Of a DNA stretch of 64,000 nucleotides, positions 38,087 through 52,308 are shown piece after piece. How positions within the stretch are numbered: the first letter of the stretch is position 1; the number at the start of each line of letters is the position of its first letter. The position numbers and the translations under genes were made by a program. The stretch lies in assembly GCA_964016885.1 (NCBI GenBank), contig OZ024741.1, forward strand, positions 116,374,001 through 116,438,000, read 5' to 3'. The stretch comes from Eledone cirrhosa (taxonomy: Eukaryota). The notes under the pieces are model-generated. The model saw only the letters and a list, made by a program, of their open reading frames with translations, had not been told where the DNA came from and made no database searches.

Positions 38087-38276
38087 CTCTTAACATACTC
38101 TGCAATAATTTAGCAGAAAATATTTGAAACATGTTTATTAATGCAGATATGGGCAGACTGTTGTGAAAATTTGCAGTAAAGACTAGAATTTTTAATTCAA
38201 AGCAGTCATAGACTGTTCTGTACTTTGCAAGAATGTCTTACTAATTGTAGTTTTATGTGGCACAGGATATTAAGAG
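38087..38276. mobile_element. TTAA-targeting MITE, family C
   Basis: TTAA|CTCTTAACATACTCTGC ... GCACAGGATATTAAGAG|TTAA: imperfect TIR with a different internal sequence from families A and B. Confidence 0.65.
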
Positions 38277-40909
38277 TTAAATAATTGAAGTTATAACATA
38301 AATAACATGATGATGATAAAAAGAAAATAGCTAAGATTAAAAAATTTTGAATCTGGATAAAATTATCTCATGTTGTTTTTAGACAGGTGCCATTTCTCAA
38401 TTAATTTGATGGGTTATGAATACAGTAGGTTGCCTTTTGTTTTTATTAAACTGTTATCCTTTAGTTATTAAAAAGTAGTGTCAGTATTTCAGGCATCCAT
38501 ATATTTTAAGCATCCTTCTTGGCTGTGAGTCGTCACCAATGCCACCGAATATATTTTCCTTTTATTTTATTTGTTTCAGTCATATGGGTTTGGAGGAAAT
38601 CACAAGGTTTTACTAGATTAGGTGTTTTTCAATGAAAATGTATATGGTTTTCTATATATATGAGCAGGTTGTGAAGGCTGATCTTAAAAACACTAAACCT
38701 CACAACAGAAATTACTAAAGATTGTGGGAGCTGGCTGCTATGTAGTGCTGAAGAAGACCAGACCCGACTTGCAACATACAATTGCGTCGGATCCCCCACC
38801 CCCGGGAGGACCCTCAGTTATGTCAAAGACATGACAACCTCCCTGTACATTAAGGAGAGCATGAGACCTTACATGAGCTAGACAACAGATCACTGGCTTG
38901 ACTGGAAGATCAGTAACCACCTCTTCAGTGCTGACAAAATCTATGTAGACCATCCAACCCTTGCTAGCAGGGAGAGTGGACGTAAAAATGATTATGATGA
39001 CGAAAACCGTTCTAAAACAAATTTTGTTACATTTAATGTCTTAAAATTATTATGGTGGGAAGTGTCCTTAAAATATAGGTATGGGTTCTGCAATTTTGTA
39101 AAAATCATGAGAGCTATGCAACAAAATAAGTTTGGAAACCATTGTATTAGTTTATGACCCACACTTATTAGGTAAGGTTACCTGCCAGGATGTATGGACC
39201 TGTAACTCCTGGTTGATTGTAAGGATACCATTGTAACATAGCGTTTCTTGGGTATTTTAAACCTGGCAGAGCCCATCCCTCTCAAGGTCTGTACACTGCT
39301 GATTTCTTTATAGCAGAAGAGAGAGTAATAGAGAAAAAAAAGAGAAAGATATAAAGAATTGACCCCAGTACTGAACAGGTACTTTTCTTTATCGACCTTG
39401 AAAGGATGAAAGGCAAAGTTGACCATGCCATGATTTCAACTCAGAGCGGAGTGAGCCAGGACAAATACAACAAAGCATTCTATCCAAAATTTTAACTGCC
39501 TATACCTACCAGGAGAGGTATTTATATTTATCTAAAAGAAAAATTCTGTCAAAATTTTATGTTGGTTAGCTATGTAATATTTTTAGGTTTTTATTGTAAT
39601 TATTTTTACTTCCTTAAAAGCTATGTGGTCAGCATGGTGATGGCAGCAGTGATTTTAGTTTAAATTTTAAACAACTAACTCCTCTTTCCAACAACTACTG
39701 AAATATCCACAAATAGAAAATATTCAGCCAATTATGTGAAATTGGCAGTTGTATAGTGTTGTTGTTGTTAGGATTAATGACAACCTGTATTGTTATGGCA
39801 GAATAGAACCTGTTGTAGTCACCAATTTTACTGCTGTTTTTCCATTCTGGTATGGTTTGGATGAGTCTTCAGTAGATAAGTATGGTATATATCTTAACAT
39901 GTCTAATGACTGTCACCACTATTTATGCAGAACATAAACAAATATCACTACATGTGTTGGTGATGTTTAATAAGAAGACACATATATACAATAAGCATTG
40001 TATTGCTTTTATCTACCAATTTCATTCATATGGCATTGGAAAATTATATAAGTCTGTGGTGCCCGCCACATAATGGAATAGAATACCAGACCACATGGCT
40101 GTTTATCAAACTTCTCAATCATGTACTCATGCTTATTAATAATGATTTCTAATTTTGGCACAAAACCAGCAATTTAGGGGAAAGGAAAGTTGATTATATC
40201 AACTCTGGTATTTGACCAGAACATTATTTTATCAACTGCAGAAGGATAAAAGGCATAGTTGACTTAAGAAAGTTTTGTACTCAGAACGTAAATGGCCACA
40301 ATGTTACAAGGTATTTTGTTTGATGCTCTGACTTTGCAAATCCATTGCCCTACACTTATTAATTGTTTCTACTTTTGGCACAAGGCCATCAATTTGAAAG
40401 GGGAAAAGTTGATTAAATCAACCCCTGTTTGCTACTGGTCCTTTTTATTGATCTCGTAAAGATGAAATCAACCTATTTATCACTGTGATTGATCACCATT
40501 CGGAAGCACACAATGACAACTTACTCTCTCTTACTCTCCACCAATGAGAACTTCCTAGCTTCCATCTCACAACCACCACCTGCCAAAATGCTGTTGCTAA
40601 ATGCTGAAGATATTGAGTAGTGGCAAAAGCAATGGCTTTAGTACATTCACTCTAATTGGCATGATAAGCTAGAGAAAATCTTGTGCCCAGGAGCAACTGC
40701 TCTATTTTTAGTGATGGGCTTTATCACCATCACTTGGTACATGGGTGCATGTAGTGGAGCCTACTCTGTTGCAAGCATTCAGATCGGGGAGATTGTCTGG
40801 GAGATAGGGGACTTAAAAGGATTATGTGCATTGCTCTTCCCTCCCGATTTCAACAATAAAACAATTATATATACATAGAACAAGAGAAGTCACTAGTTTT
40901 AATTCTTAA

Positions 40910-41095
40910 CCCTTTTGATATCAAACCACATAAAAGCTGTTTTAAAATGTTTATATTTATTTAAAAACCATCCATCATAATTTTATATAAGAGCCATTGT
41001 AAAGTTATATTCTATACACCAGGTATATGATTGTTTTCAAAATTAATTGAAAATCACAGGTTGTGTCTTTCATAAGAAATATGATAATGAAAGGG
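40910..41095. mobile_element. piggyBac-like MITE, family B (reverse orientation)
   Basis: TTAA|CCCTTTTGATATC...GAAAGGG|TTAA. Confidence 0.75.
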
Positions 41096-42774
41096 TTAAA
41101 TGTAGAATAAGTGCAGCAATGGCTCTAAATGTAACAAATATAATATGGTCCACTGTGTTTTGTTAATTCTAGAACTGGTATTAAAATGGTGTTGATAATG
41201 GTGATGGTGGTGAATGATTTATTTATTAGCTATTACAATAAACACACAATTTGGTCATTAAAATAAACTAAGTCAGCATTTCGTTCTAGAATTAACATGT
41301 GATATTTAATTTTAACATTTATTCACCAAAAATAGTTCTTGAATGAGATATACTTTGCTAATTAATTGTTCATTATAAAATGGCAATACATTAATTGCCA
41401 TGAGGTGATGAAAGTTGTAGTTGTTATTTTACTGCATAAAAATTCCGTAATTTTGCTGTATTTTCACATATGTCTGGTGGTGGTGGATTAGCATAATCAT
41501 TGCCAAAAAGGGTAGACAGGATTCTTTAGCTAAGTCAATGACATGACAACCTCTGTATTGCTAGAGTCACAATAAAATGCAAAGTTGTTGATGATAGGAA
41601 GGACATCTAGTTATAGAAACCATGCCAAAAAGAGTTGAGAAGACTGTCATGTCAAAGACATGATAACTTTTCTAGTACTGGTGCCTTATTAGTGAAATTG
41701 GTTAGGCGGAAACTGTTGGATATGCTGTACCTGTGTTTGTAATTTAAAGGTCCAGATTTGTCAAACACTGCTTTGCTATTTGGCTTCTGAATTACATTAA
41801 GGTTACACATCTGGGGAATACTCAGCTAAATTAGGACTGAGGGCCCTATCATTAAAATTCTTAAGTAACCTATGCAGATGTTAGCCGAAGCAACAACATA
41901 GTCAACCACTTTCATACTAATTTATTGAATAGGATGTTTATTGTTTGACCAACTGAATGTGTATTGTTGAATTTGACAGAGGATACATCATTATCAGTAT
42001 CAGACAAAATACCTTGTGGTGTTTAGTTACTGAGTTCAATTGGTAATGAAATTAGCTTTGACTTTCATCATTCTATGATGAATTGGTAGTTGTTAGTGCG
42101 TCAGAATATCTCTTATTTGTTTTGGCTCTCTGTACTCTGTTCAAATCCTGCCAATGTCAACTTACCTTTCGTATATTCAGCATTGATAAAATAAACTACA
42201 CTATTAGAGCATCAGCTGCTGAGATGCCCTGCATATTCTGTTTTGCCTTGGAAATCAAATCCTACTGATGGCCATAGCTAATCACTTGACTACATGGGTA
42301 GAGGAGGATTGTAGCCCTTGGCTACTGTAGTTGAATGATGATGAGAGTCAATAAAATAAAGTACAGGGGTTAATTTAACTGGCTTCATCTCTCCCTTCAA
42401 AAAGGGAAACTTTGTGCCAATATTTGGGAGAGGTTTGTTTTTTCTCTAAAATGAAAATGATATTTGTTAGATTTGTTTTCTCAGTCAGTTTCTGTGTTTG
42501 TTGTAAGGAAACCAACATCACTACAAAACCTCACTTCAAAATATGATACATTTTAAATGTATGTAAGATGGTGTGGCTTTCATATGAGTACATAGTTTTT
42601 ATTTTCTTTATCTTGGGTTATTAAAGTTTCTCATTTAAAAAAATTGATTGTTCTTAGGCTAAATATATTCTGCCAAATATTTTCATGTTTTTTCACATAG
42701 ATCATACAACAAGCATTTAATGCTATTTCCCTGCTAAAGCAGGAGTTAGTCATTGGGCTTTATGACAGGTATAA

Positions 42775-42985
42775 TCACCGAGGTGGTGTGCAGGAGAGAA
42801 GACTGCATTGGTTTGGACATGTGATGTGCATGGACAATGATCATTGGGTGAAGAAGTGCTAGGAAATGTCAATGGAAGGAAGTCCCAATAGAAGAAAGAC
42901 CTGGACAGAGGTAGAAATGCTGTGCTTAGGACCCATCCAACCCATGCAAGCGTGGAATAATGGACGTAAAAACTGATGATAATGA
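42775..42985 (+). mobile_element. RTE LINE 3' fragment
   Basis: Encodes VQERRLHWFGHVM and ends in acccatccaacccatgcaagcgtggaataatggacgtaaaaactgatgataatga. Confidence 0.7.
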
Positions 42986-44227
42986 GTTGTTTTTGTGACA
43001 AACTTTTATGGCCAAATACTCTTCCTGGCACCAACACTTTTAGTCATAACATTTTTTTATCCATATTTTCAGTGTTGGTGATTGACACGAGAAATGCACC
43101 CTGTACACTCTGTGAAGTGGTTGGTGATAGGAAGGGCATCCAGCTGTAGAAAACCTGCCAAAGGATTGGGAGGACTCTTCAGCTGTTAGACATGACAGCC
43201 TCCCAGGTGCTGGTCTCACAATAAAATGTACTTCATAGTGCTTGGGATCTTATTTGAATTGCATGAATGCATATGAGCAAAATGCAGGCTCCTAACCCAT
43301 TTGTGGAGTCAGTACCCCATCTTGAGTACCAACTTGGTCAGCTGTCAACCTGTTGAACCTTTGTTAGCAGAGAAAGTGGACATTATATAATGATGATGAA
43401 TTTTTTTCCATCACTTTGCACTCACATCACTGTCTCCCTCAGTTGGACTATAGGCTGGGATGACTGTCAGTGTTGGGTTTCCATTGTTTCAGCAGAGATT
43501 GGAAAGATATCTATTTTTTATTTTATTGTTTAAACACCACTGCAACAAAGCAGTTTTATCTTAATGTGCAGTGTTATATAACTTTAAATAGCTATTAATT
43601 TAAAATGTGTGCTAAAATAATTTTGTAATATTTCAAAATAATGGAATTTAGTAAACATATTTGTGAGAAATTGCTTTATTAAGATTAAGCAATGAATATA
43701 TCTCTGATATACTAAAATAATTCTAGTAATATTATTATTTATTCTGAGACAATGTATTTGATCTATATGTCTGCTCATGCTGGTCTCAGAGGACCGGCAA
43801 ACCAAACTAAATCATCATCATCATTGTTACAATTTCTTTTTCCCTGTTTGCATGGTTTGGAAAAGACATTTTGGTGTGGTCTTTTTTTCTAAAGCTGGAT
43901 GCCTTTCTTGATTTCAACCCATATTTTATTTTCAAGTATAGTGTATACTGCTAAATTCCATCAGTGTTCTCTTCCAGTGATATTGTTTATCTGTCTTTTT
44001 CTTCCTTTATGTAAGGTTGACAGTTACAGGGCATAGATACACACGCACATCGTTTAATGTCAGATTTACTATGCTGGCATGGGTTGACTGATTTTTTTTT
44101 AAGGCAATGTTTTTCAGCCAGATGCCTTTCCTAACACTAATTCTTTTAGTCGTTTCTTATGATATGCATAGATTTAGTGAAACTATTCTAAATCAGTTGC
44201 ACATGCCCGTGTGTATGTGTGTGTATA

Positions 44228-44635
44228 TTATCGTTTAACGTCCATCTTCCATGCTAGCATGGGTAAGTCTGGTTGTCCTTTAGGGAGAAAATCGGGTCAC
44301 AGGACTATGTTTAGCTCACCCGCGGCAGATTTTGGCTTGATTTCTGCAGCTGGATGCCCTTCCTAATGCCAACCACATTTACAGTGTGTGTTAGGCACTT
44401 TTTGTCATGTCACCTACACAACCACTAGAGTGTGTATTGGGCAAATTTGTCTCGGAACTAGGGAGGGGGAAGCTTGAGGAAATTGCAGGTGTAGATAATA
44501 GGGGAGGGATTGTTACCACAAAGGGAGGTGTATGAGTGGGGAGAAGGTTAAGGAAGGTGTTGCCTACTAGGTATAAGCCCCAGCCTGGGAATAACAGAGG
44601 GCGGGTCTTCTGTAATACTGCATAGTGCCGTACAC
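44228..44635 (-). mobile_element. RTE LINE terminal fragment with long 3' UTR
   Basis: Tail gtttaacgtccatcttccatgctagcatgggt, the ctggatgcccttcctaatgccaacc module, and LINE ORF end (gcagtattacagaagacccg on the minus strand). Confidence 0.6.
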
Positions 44636-47520
44636 GGAGATATATAATCCACAAACATAGCTTGAAATTTGAAGAAACCAAATATTATGTAAAACAATGG
44701 GTTATGTACTTAGTAATAACTAATTTGGTTACATGATTTTCAATTGACATTGTTGAATTTTAACGCTTATCCATGATAAGATTTGTATAGAAGTTTAGAC
44801 AATTTCATGTTTTCTTTTCATAAGTATAACTTTGCACCTCAACTTTTCACAGAAATGAAATTGAATTTACAGCTTACCTGGCACCATAGGAGGTTTATCG
44901 GGTGTTTTAATGATAGAGGTCCTAATCCTATCATGTGAAATGAAGTATCTTTCTTAAGAGTACAACACACTAATTCGTCCAGGAATGGAACCCATGATCA
45001 TGAGTCCAACATTCTAACCTCTAGGGTCATGCACGTTCAAATTCAAAGGTAGTTAGATTGAAATAAATTACAAATACATCCAATCCTTAAATTCTAGGAT
45101 GGTTTAGCAACATTTTGATCCATGTTGATTGTTCAAATTGTCAGACTGTTTTTCTGGCATGGAGGATTATATTGACTCATAAAGTCCTGTACCACATGAG
45201 ACTGCATTAGCATGATATTCTTTAAAAGTATAAAACTGGCTGCATCACATTAAAAATTAGTCTTTTGTCTAATACCGAAAATTACCACATTTGAATTGAG
45301 ACAACATTATCAAGAAAGTTTTGAAAGTATAAAACAGCACTATGACTGCACTACATTAAAAATTGAAGCATTTACTGCAGATTTTCACAACAATCTATCC
45401 AGTAGTAAAGATACTGTAAACATTTGAATTAGCAAAGCTCTTTTTAGATATTTCCTGCTAATTCATTTCTTTGGATGTATTCAAATGCTGCTTTCAAGAG
45501 TGGTTGGGTGATGGATGCATGATAATTTTGTTAGATTTGTGTTTTCTAACTGTTGTCATCGATCTGTTGGAATCAGTTGATTACATCTTATGTGTTGGTG
45601 CAGAGGCTTCGTTGGGTTTGCATTTTCACTTTGAGACTGGCTAAACTTATATGGATGTGTGCCGTAACAACCACAACCATAGAAATACAATGATTCTAAT
45701 TTAAAGCTATCATGATTATATTGATCCAATTTCTTCTTATTAGCCTGTATGAGTCATATCTATTCTAAAATATATATGGCCTTGTGACAACAAACTACCC
45801 AAACATAAGAATAACATAGCTTTGAACTTCACACACCTAAGCGAGCCAAAGGATTTTGTTATGATTTTTAATCTCAATTCTATCTTAATTTAGTAGAATT
45901 ATGATCATTGGCATTCCAGCCAAAACCAACTGTCTTTTTTCAAATTGTATCTATGTAGAACCTGCTACATTATCCAATGTGACCTTCCATTTTATTAAGG
46001 TGATGGGATGTGATTGGGGAGAGATTTAGCTATTTGACTGTACAGACAAGTGAGGAAGCCTCTACATGATCAGTCAATCTGAGTAGCAGCCAAACTTTAC
46101 TCCAATCACACCCCTTACCATCTTAAGATTGAATGGAAGCATAAGAAATGAGAGTATCATGTTCGGTATTTGTGTGTACAAGATATTTTGCTCACCTTGG
46201 TGGTGTGTATGTATCCTATCAGCTGGCCTTGAACTACTGCCACAATGACATTCTACAGAATCACCAACTTCAAGCAGCTCTAAGCATGGTGTGGGTTTTT
46301 TTTGTTTTTTGTTATTTTCTACATTATAAAAATGTAACGCTCATGGTTAAACTTATCTCTTATCATCATCATTTTACGTCCGCTTTTCCCTACTTGCAAG
46401 GGTGGGACAGGTATATATATATATATACTGTTGATAGATAAAACCATCTTTTTGACTTAAGTACGCTTGACATATATGATGCCTATGTCTACTTAATGTG
46501 CAGTTATCTTGAAATATATACATGTCTGATAAAAACAGGTGCAGTTTTTCTGATGCTTAAAATGTTTTGAGCAAGTGTTTGTTGTCTTTTCAAATGTTAT
46601 TATTATTAATTATTAGTAATGATAATAATAATATTGTAGTGTTGTTCTCTGGTCTGTAGTTGAATGGTTGGTGTTAAATAAGGAAGGCTTTATGCTTCTA
46701 TGACTGTCTGACTGCTGTTGTTTCAGTAAAACTAAAACAACATAAAAGATAGTGCTTTTATATGCACATACACACTCATAAGCTTTAACATCCATTCTTC
46801 TTTGCTAGCAGAGAGGCTGGATCACATTGGCATATTGATGGAGTATTGTTTCTTCATCTTTTTTTTTATTGTAAAAATCTTTATTAAAGAAAAATGTGTA
46901 AGTGCAGCAAAGTTTATTTACAGAAGCTGTTAGTGGGAGTCTGTCTTTCTATCTGATGAGAGCTTCAAATTATCTGCTAAAAATTAACTCAACCACTTCA
47001 AGAGGGCATTTAACTTCACAAAAATGTTTTGCAATAATTCTTCTATAAAAATGTATGTTAGGTGCAGGTATTACAAGATGTAATAGCTAATTCAAAGATG
47101 CTACCTTAAAATTTTAATTTTTGTATGCATGTTAGCTTAGAGTTATCTGCTTTAACACAGGTGAAAAATAGTCATGAAAATTGAGCATATAATTCCCAAG
47201 AGATGGAGAGTTGACAAAATAGCCTGTCTCTAGGGGTGTATATGCCGAACTTAGACTATTTTTCATTTAGTTGAAGCAGTTAAATTTAAGTTAACATGCA
47301 TTCAAAATTCATAATTTGTTCAAACACTTCATTAAAATATAATTTAAGTTTTAATTTTTAAGGATTTTTTAAAAAATTATTTAGGCAGAGTATGAGTGTG
47401 TTGAATTGTCTTGTCATTTGTTCTGAATCTTTATGCTCAAATTCTGCTGAGGTTAACTTTGCCTTTCATCTTTTTGGGTTGATAAACTACCAATCTAGGG
47501 ATTGTAGATTGCTGGAATTA

Positions 47521-49642
47521 CACCGTGTAACATATTTTTTGTTCCCCGATTTTAAGTGTCATTTCATGGTTTGTTATATCTCATTATTATTGGATTGGCA
47601 GTGTTGGGAGAGGGTCGGATGCCATGCTTTGGCGTATAGAGTTACGGCCCTTGCCATTCTGAGTTCAAATCCCGCCGAGGTTAACTTTGCCTTTCATCCT
47701 TACGGGGTCGATAAAATAAAGTACCAGTAATGCACTGGGTAATTGCTGGCCTTGTGCCTAACGTAGAAACAATTACTATAAAAAACACTATTATTTAATC
47801 AGAAGTTTGGGTTTGTGGTCAGGAGTTTGATATTTTTATATTTTTCAAGAAAAAGCATTTTTTAAAAATATATCAGTTCATATAATTAAATCAACAGAGT
47901 ATATCTTTATTTTATTACACAAGCTTATCAAAAGCAAACAAGTAAAAATAAATAACATTTATAAAGCAACTTATACACGTCAGAAATGACTGGATTTGCG
48001 GTTGTAGTCCAGGTCGCATTCCCTCACTAGCCCCCAGATATAGTCCCCCATCATTTTTTCATTGTAGTGGCCCTGGTACCTCCGCTCTATGTCTTTCACA
48101 TCTTTGTGGAATTGTTCGCCTTGTTCTTCTGAGTAGGCGCCCATATTTCCTTGAATTTTTCCAGGTGAGCGTCCAGCATATGGAGTTTAAGCGACATCCT
48201 GCATCCCATGGCGTCAAAGGCCTTTATCAGATCCTGCACCAGTTGCTGGTAGTTTTCAGCTCTGTAGTTGCCCAGGAAGCCCTTAACAACTGCCTTGAAA
48301 CAGTTCCATGCTGTTCTCTCAATCCTATTGAGCTTATTGGAGAACTCGGTAGACTCAAACACCTTCTTTATCTGAGGTCCAACAAAAATTCCACCTTTGA
48401 TTTTGGCCTCAGCTAACTTGGGGAAGAACTCAAGAAGGTACTTCAAAGCAGCTGATTCTTGGTTGAGAGCCTTCACAAACTGCTTCATCAACCCCAACTT
48501 AATGTGCAGTGGCGGCATGAGCAAAATCCTGGGATCGACCAGTGGCTCCCACATGACGTTCCGGGTCCCAACTACAAATTCTGTTCACTGCTCCAAGTTC
48601 TTTCTTTTGTAGTGGTCAGAGGTGGCTCTGCTGTCCCAAAGGCAGAGGAAGCATTGGAATTCAGGAAAGTCACCATCTTGAAGTCTCCAACGATTTCCCA
48701 ATTGTACTGGTTATATTGCAGAGCTTCCAAGAGGACTTTCACACTGTAGTAATCTTCCTTCAAGCAGACTGAATGAGCTAGGGGCAGTGTCGGGAACTTG
48801 TTTCCATTGTGGAGGAGGACAGCCTTCAAACTTGTAGTGGAGCTGTCTATAAATAGCCGCCACTCCTTGGGCACAAACGGCACCCCAATAACGTCAAACA
48901 GTCCAGGTACGTCATGGCAGAAGCAGAGGCCATCCCTAAGAGTGTAAAAGCCTGAGAAAAGTTTGTGTCGACTTCTCTGACTTGTCACCTGCACTTCCTC
49001 CTTGACTAAGTTCCACTGCTTCATCCTGGAGACGAATAGCTCTGCATTGGACTTGGTCAGACCCACATCCCTGACCAAGTCATTGACTTCTTTTTGGTTT
49101 GGGAAGTGAGGAACTTTTCCTGGTACCTCAGGCAGGTAATCCAAGTCCTCAGCATCCATCTCCTCCTCTTCATCAGAATACTTGTCTTGGAAAATAAATT
49201 TTATATGCAATACAAAATAAATATTGGAAAGGGAAATACACAGTTAAATAATATAAAAGAACACTAATTATACTAATGAAAATTTGTGCTTAAAACACAA
49301 CTTACCCTTTATTCAGGGTGCGAAAATCCAGTATCAATAAATCTCTTTAATCTACTTTTTAACAATTGCACTTTTATAATTTTCTTTAGGTATTACTCTT
49401 TATTTTATAATTTTAATTTAACCTGAAACATATATAAAAAAATCATTTAACATAAGCAAATTAAACTTACATACAACGTAAAATCCAGCATACAAATAAT
49501 TCTAGTGTCTAGCTTAGAATTTTTACAAACCCAAACTTTTAACTGTTTAAAAGCACTTTTTAAAAATTTATTTGGGACCTAAGCAACACAAAAAAGTGAT
49601 TACAAGCCAGGAACAGAAACATTTTTTTTTCGTTACACGGTG
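47521..49642 (-). mobile_element. Chapaev3-like (CMC group) DNA transposon with disrupted transposase
   Basis: 11-bp TIR CACCGTGTAAC/GTTACACGGTG, flanked by TTA on both sides (47518-47520, 49643-49645). ORFs 48572-49210 and 48096-48554 carry WRLFIDSS..SLKAVLLHNGN, GDFKMV, PPLHIKLGLMKQFVKAL, GIFVGPQI and MSLKLHMLDAHL. CAC...GTG ends with a TWA duplication are Chapaev3 hallmarks. Confidence 0.85.
47596..47778 (+). mobile_element. SINE family 2 copy nested in the Chapaev3-like element
   Basis: Colinear with 51671-51850 and lies inside the left TIR of the transposon. Confidence 0.85.
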
Positions 49643-50473
49643 TTATGAAGAATTGGACACAATACTTTGTGATATCTGATCTAGCTCCATGCATTCTGAA
49701 TTGAAATCTCACTTCTGCAAAGAGTTTCAGCCAGTGGAGACATTGGTTTCCTAGGTTTTGTGTGATAATTAGCTTCTATTAAGTGCAAAACAGCAATGTT
49801 ACTGCATCACATGAAAAATGGAAGTTTTTACTGCAATGTTGCAATTTTTTACAGTGATCTGTCTATTAGTAAATATACTATAGGCATTTGAATTGTATTT
49901 TCTGCTGAATCATTACAGGATGTGAAAAATTAATGAAATCACTTCAAATTATTGATTATTTTACAAAATATTTAAAAATCATAGCACATTTCTAATGCAA
50001 AACTGTCTATGATTTTCAAATCATTTTAAAAATAAAGAATATGGAGGGATTTAGTATAACTAACTTTCTCATTATTAAACTGGTGTTTGGAGCATAAAAT
50101 TGATAGGTTTTTACATGAATATAAACAGCTTTGTATGATAGTACTAGGGGAGTTTCCAGGCAGTTTAGTATGAAGAGGGTTTAATTATTCCTGAGCTGGA
50201 GTACTGCAGGTGTAAATAGAATAAATACTAGTCAGCTATTACAGTCAACCCAATTAACCCCTTTATCAAATAAAAGTAAAAATTTGTCACCTAATTTATT
50301 TGTATTTAACTGATAATTTTTCATTGAAGTTTTGTAGATGTGGTAAAAAAACTGTTCTAGGAAATCTATTGTTTATATTAATCCTTTTGTTACTGTCTTT
50401 CTAATGAAATACATTCTACTTAAGTGTTTCAATTAATTTTTAAAGTAATCAAGAATTTTGAGTTATTTAGTAT

Positions 50474-50665
50474 GGCAGTGGAGACTCACTGCTATCGAAG
50501 CTGAGTTGGCTACCCACAAGTGCGAGCCCCATGAGGGGGAGTGGCTGATCCAGTGCGTCTCCTTTGCCATCCTCAGGGGCAATGTCTTCTCCACCCTGTT
50601 TGCTGGGACCCTGAGGTCGACTGACCTTTAAGTTTCATTTATGGTGGTGTCATGAGGAATAAATT
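50474..50665 (+). mobile_element. CRE-like non-LTR retrotransposon C-terminal fragment inserted in a MITE
   Basis: Translates ...EGEWLIQCVSFAILRGNVFSTL, resembling the L.QR.S.A.QRGNA terminal motif of CRE-clade elements; AATAAA at ~50658. Confidence 0.5.
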
Positions 50666-51670
50666 TACTTGCATTTTATTATAATGTAAAATACTGATTT
50701 AGGCTTGGTTCTATTATACCTTTCAGGATCCCTAACTTCTTTATTTATCTGTTGTTGTTTGGAGCATAGTTTAACAAATGTTCTTTCATAAAATTATGAT
50801 GGAATGTTTCTAGATAATTTTAAAACAAAGAGTTTTGTTTCATAGTACCAAGGACAGTTTGATATGGTATCAAAAAGGTTAATCACATCAGATACAATGC
50901 AGATTATTTGATATCTATTCCTGAGTTGGAGTCCTGTAAGTGTTAATAGAATAAGTATCAGTCAGTTATTGCAGTCAACTCAAACCTTTTGTCGAAATAC
51001 ACCTCCATTGGTTTGGCCCCATACTCAGGTGCTCATGAATTGATCTCACCCACAAAGTAGTCATGCCAGAGTCACTCCTAGGATGGCTTAAACAACAAGG
51101 TGGATTGGCATGATCAATTCAGATTTTTAGCTAATATCTAGTCCTCGCATATTTGGAATTGTGATAGGCGGATAATAGCCATGTCAGGCATTTGTGATTA
51201 CTGTGCATGGATGGCCTCTATTTGCAACATTGTGGATTCGATGGTTAAAGCCAACTTACCCCATCCTGTGTAAATACCAACACAAGTAAAAGCCAAATAA
51301 AACTAAAGAATTATCACAAGTGTACTAGATGGGACAAGCTAGAATAAGATGGTCTCTAGGAAACTTGTTTATATTTACTCAAAAACTGTTTTTAAAGTGT
51401 TTATATTAATATATAAAAACACACTTTCCATCATGATTTCATGTAAGAACTTTTATTAAATTATGCTCCAAGCACCAGCTTAATGAGGAATTTAGTTTTT
51501 GTTTATTGGGAAAAAAGATTAACCACTTTGCTACTAAAACTGCACCTGATTCTATGATACAAAATTGTTTTAAAATAATGCTTAGATGTATCTAAAAGAA
51601 ACTTAATTATTTTATGTATGAACCTTTAAGTAATAGTTCCAAACACCAACTTGATAGTGAAAATGTTGAT

Positions 51671-51850
51671 TGGCAGTATCGGTAAGGGTCGGACGCCATG
51701 CTTTGTAGCATAGTTACGCCCCTTTACGGTCTGAGTTCAAATCCCGCCGAGGTTAACTTTGCCTTTCATCCTTACGGGGTCGATAAAATAAAGTACCAAT
51801 AACGCACTGGGATAATTGCTGGCCTTGTGCTAAAAGTAGAAACAATTATT
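51671..51850 (+). mobile_element. tRNA-derived SINE, family 2 (well-preserved copy inserted in a family-B MITE)
   Basis: TGGCAGTATCGG head, GAGTTCAAATCCC B box, central gccgaggttaactttgcctttcatccttacggggtcgataaaataaagtacc, and tail gtagaaacaattatt. Near-identical copies at 4693-4888(-), 16711-16840 and 47596-47778. Confidence 0.85.
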
Positions 51851-52308
51851 AAACCCCTTCAAATTCTTGGTTATTTGAAAATCATAGGCAGTGTTTTTCA
51901 TTGGAAATATGGTAACAAAAGAGTTAATGTATGAAAAATGTTTTCAATAGAATTCTCTGTACACTGATCAAAAGTCATTATTCAACCTCTGTACTACCAT
52001 TGGTTTCAGTATCAATTGATTTTTCAGTCTAATCAGTCATACCTCATAGCAACTAAATTCATACTTGTTGCTGGTATTTCACATTTTATACACTGTTCTG
52101 GAGACAATATGGCTTGTGAGGGCTTTTTGTTTTATATTTTCATAGACATTTTGTTATATTTATTTATTTATACACAGCAATATATATTATCTCATTGATA
52201 TTCTAACAGAATGTGGCTATTTTCTAATGTGAAAATGAATTTTTCTATGTATTTAAATATTTTCCTTGTGGTATTTTGATATATTAAGTATTAGAATTGT
52301 TTTGTTAT

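Noticed and set aside
46953-46975. CTGATGA hammerhead-like start (also ~9180 and inside LINE ORFs)
   Set aside because: No downstream GAAA core or helices.
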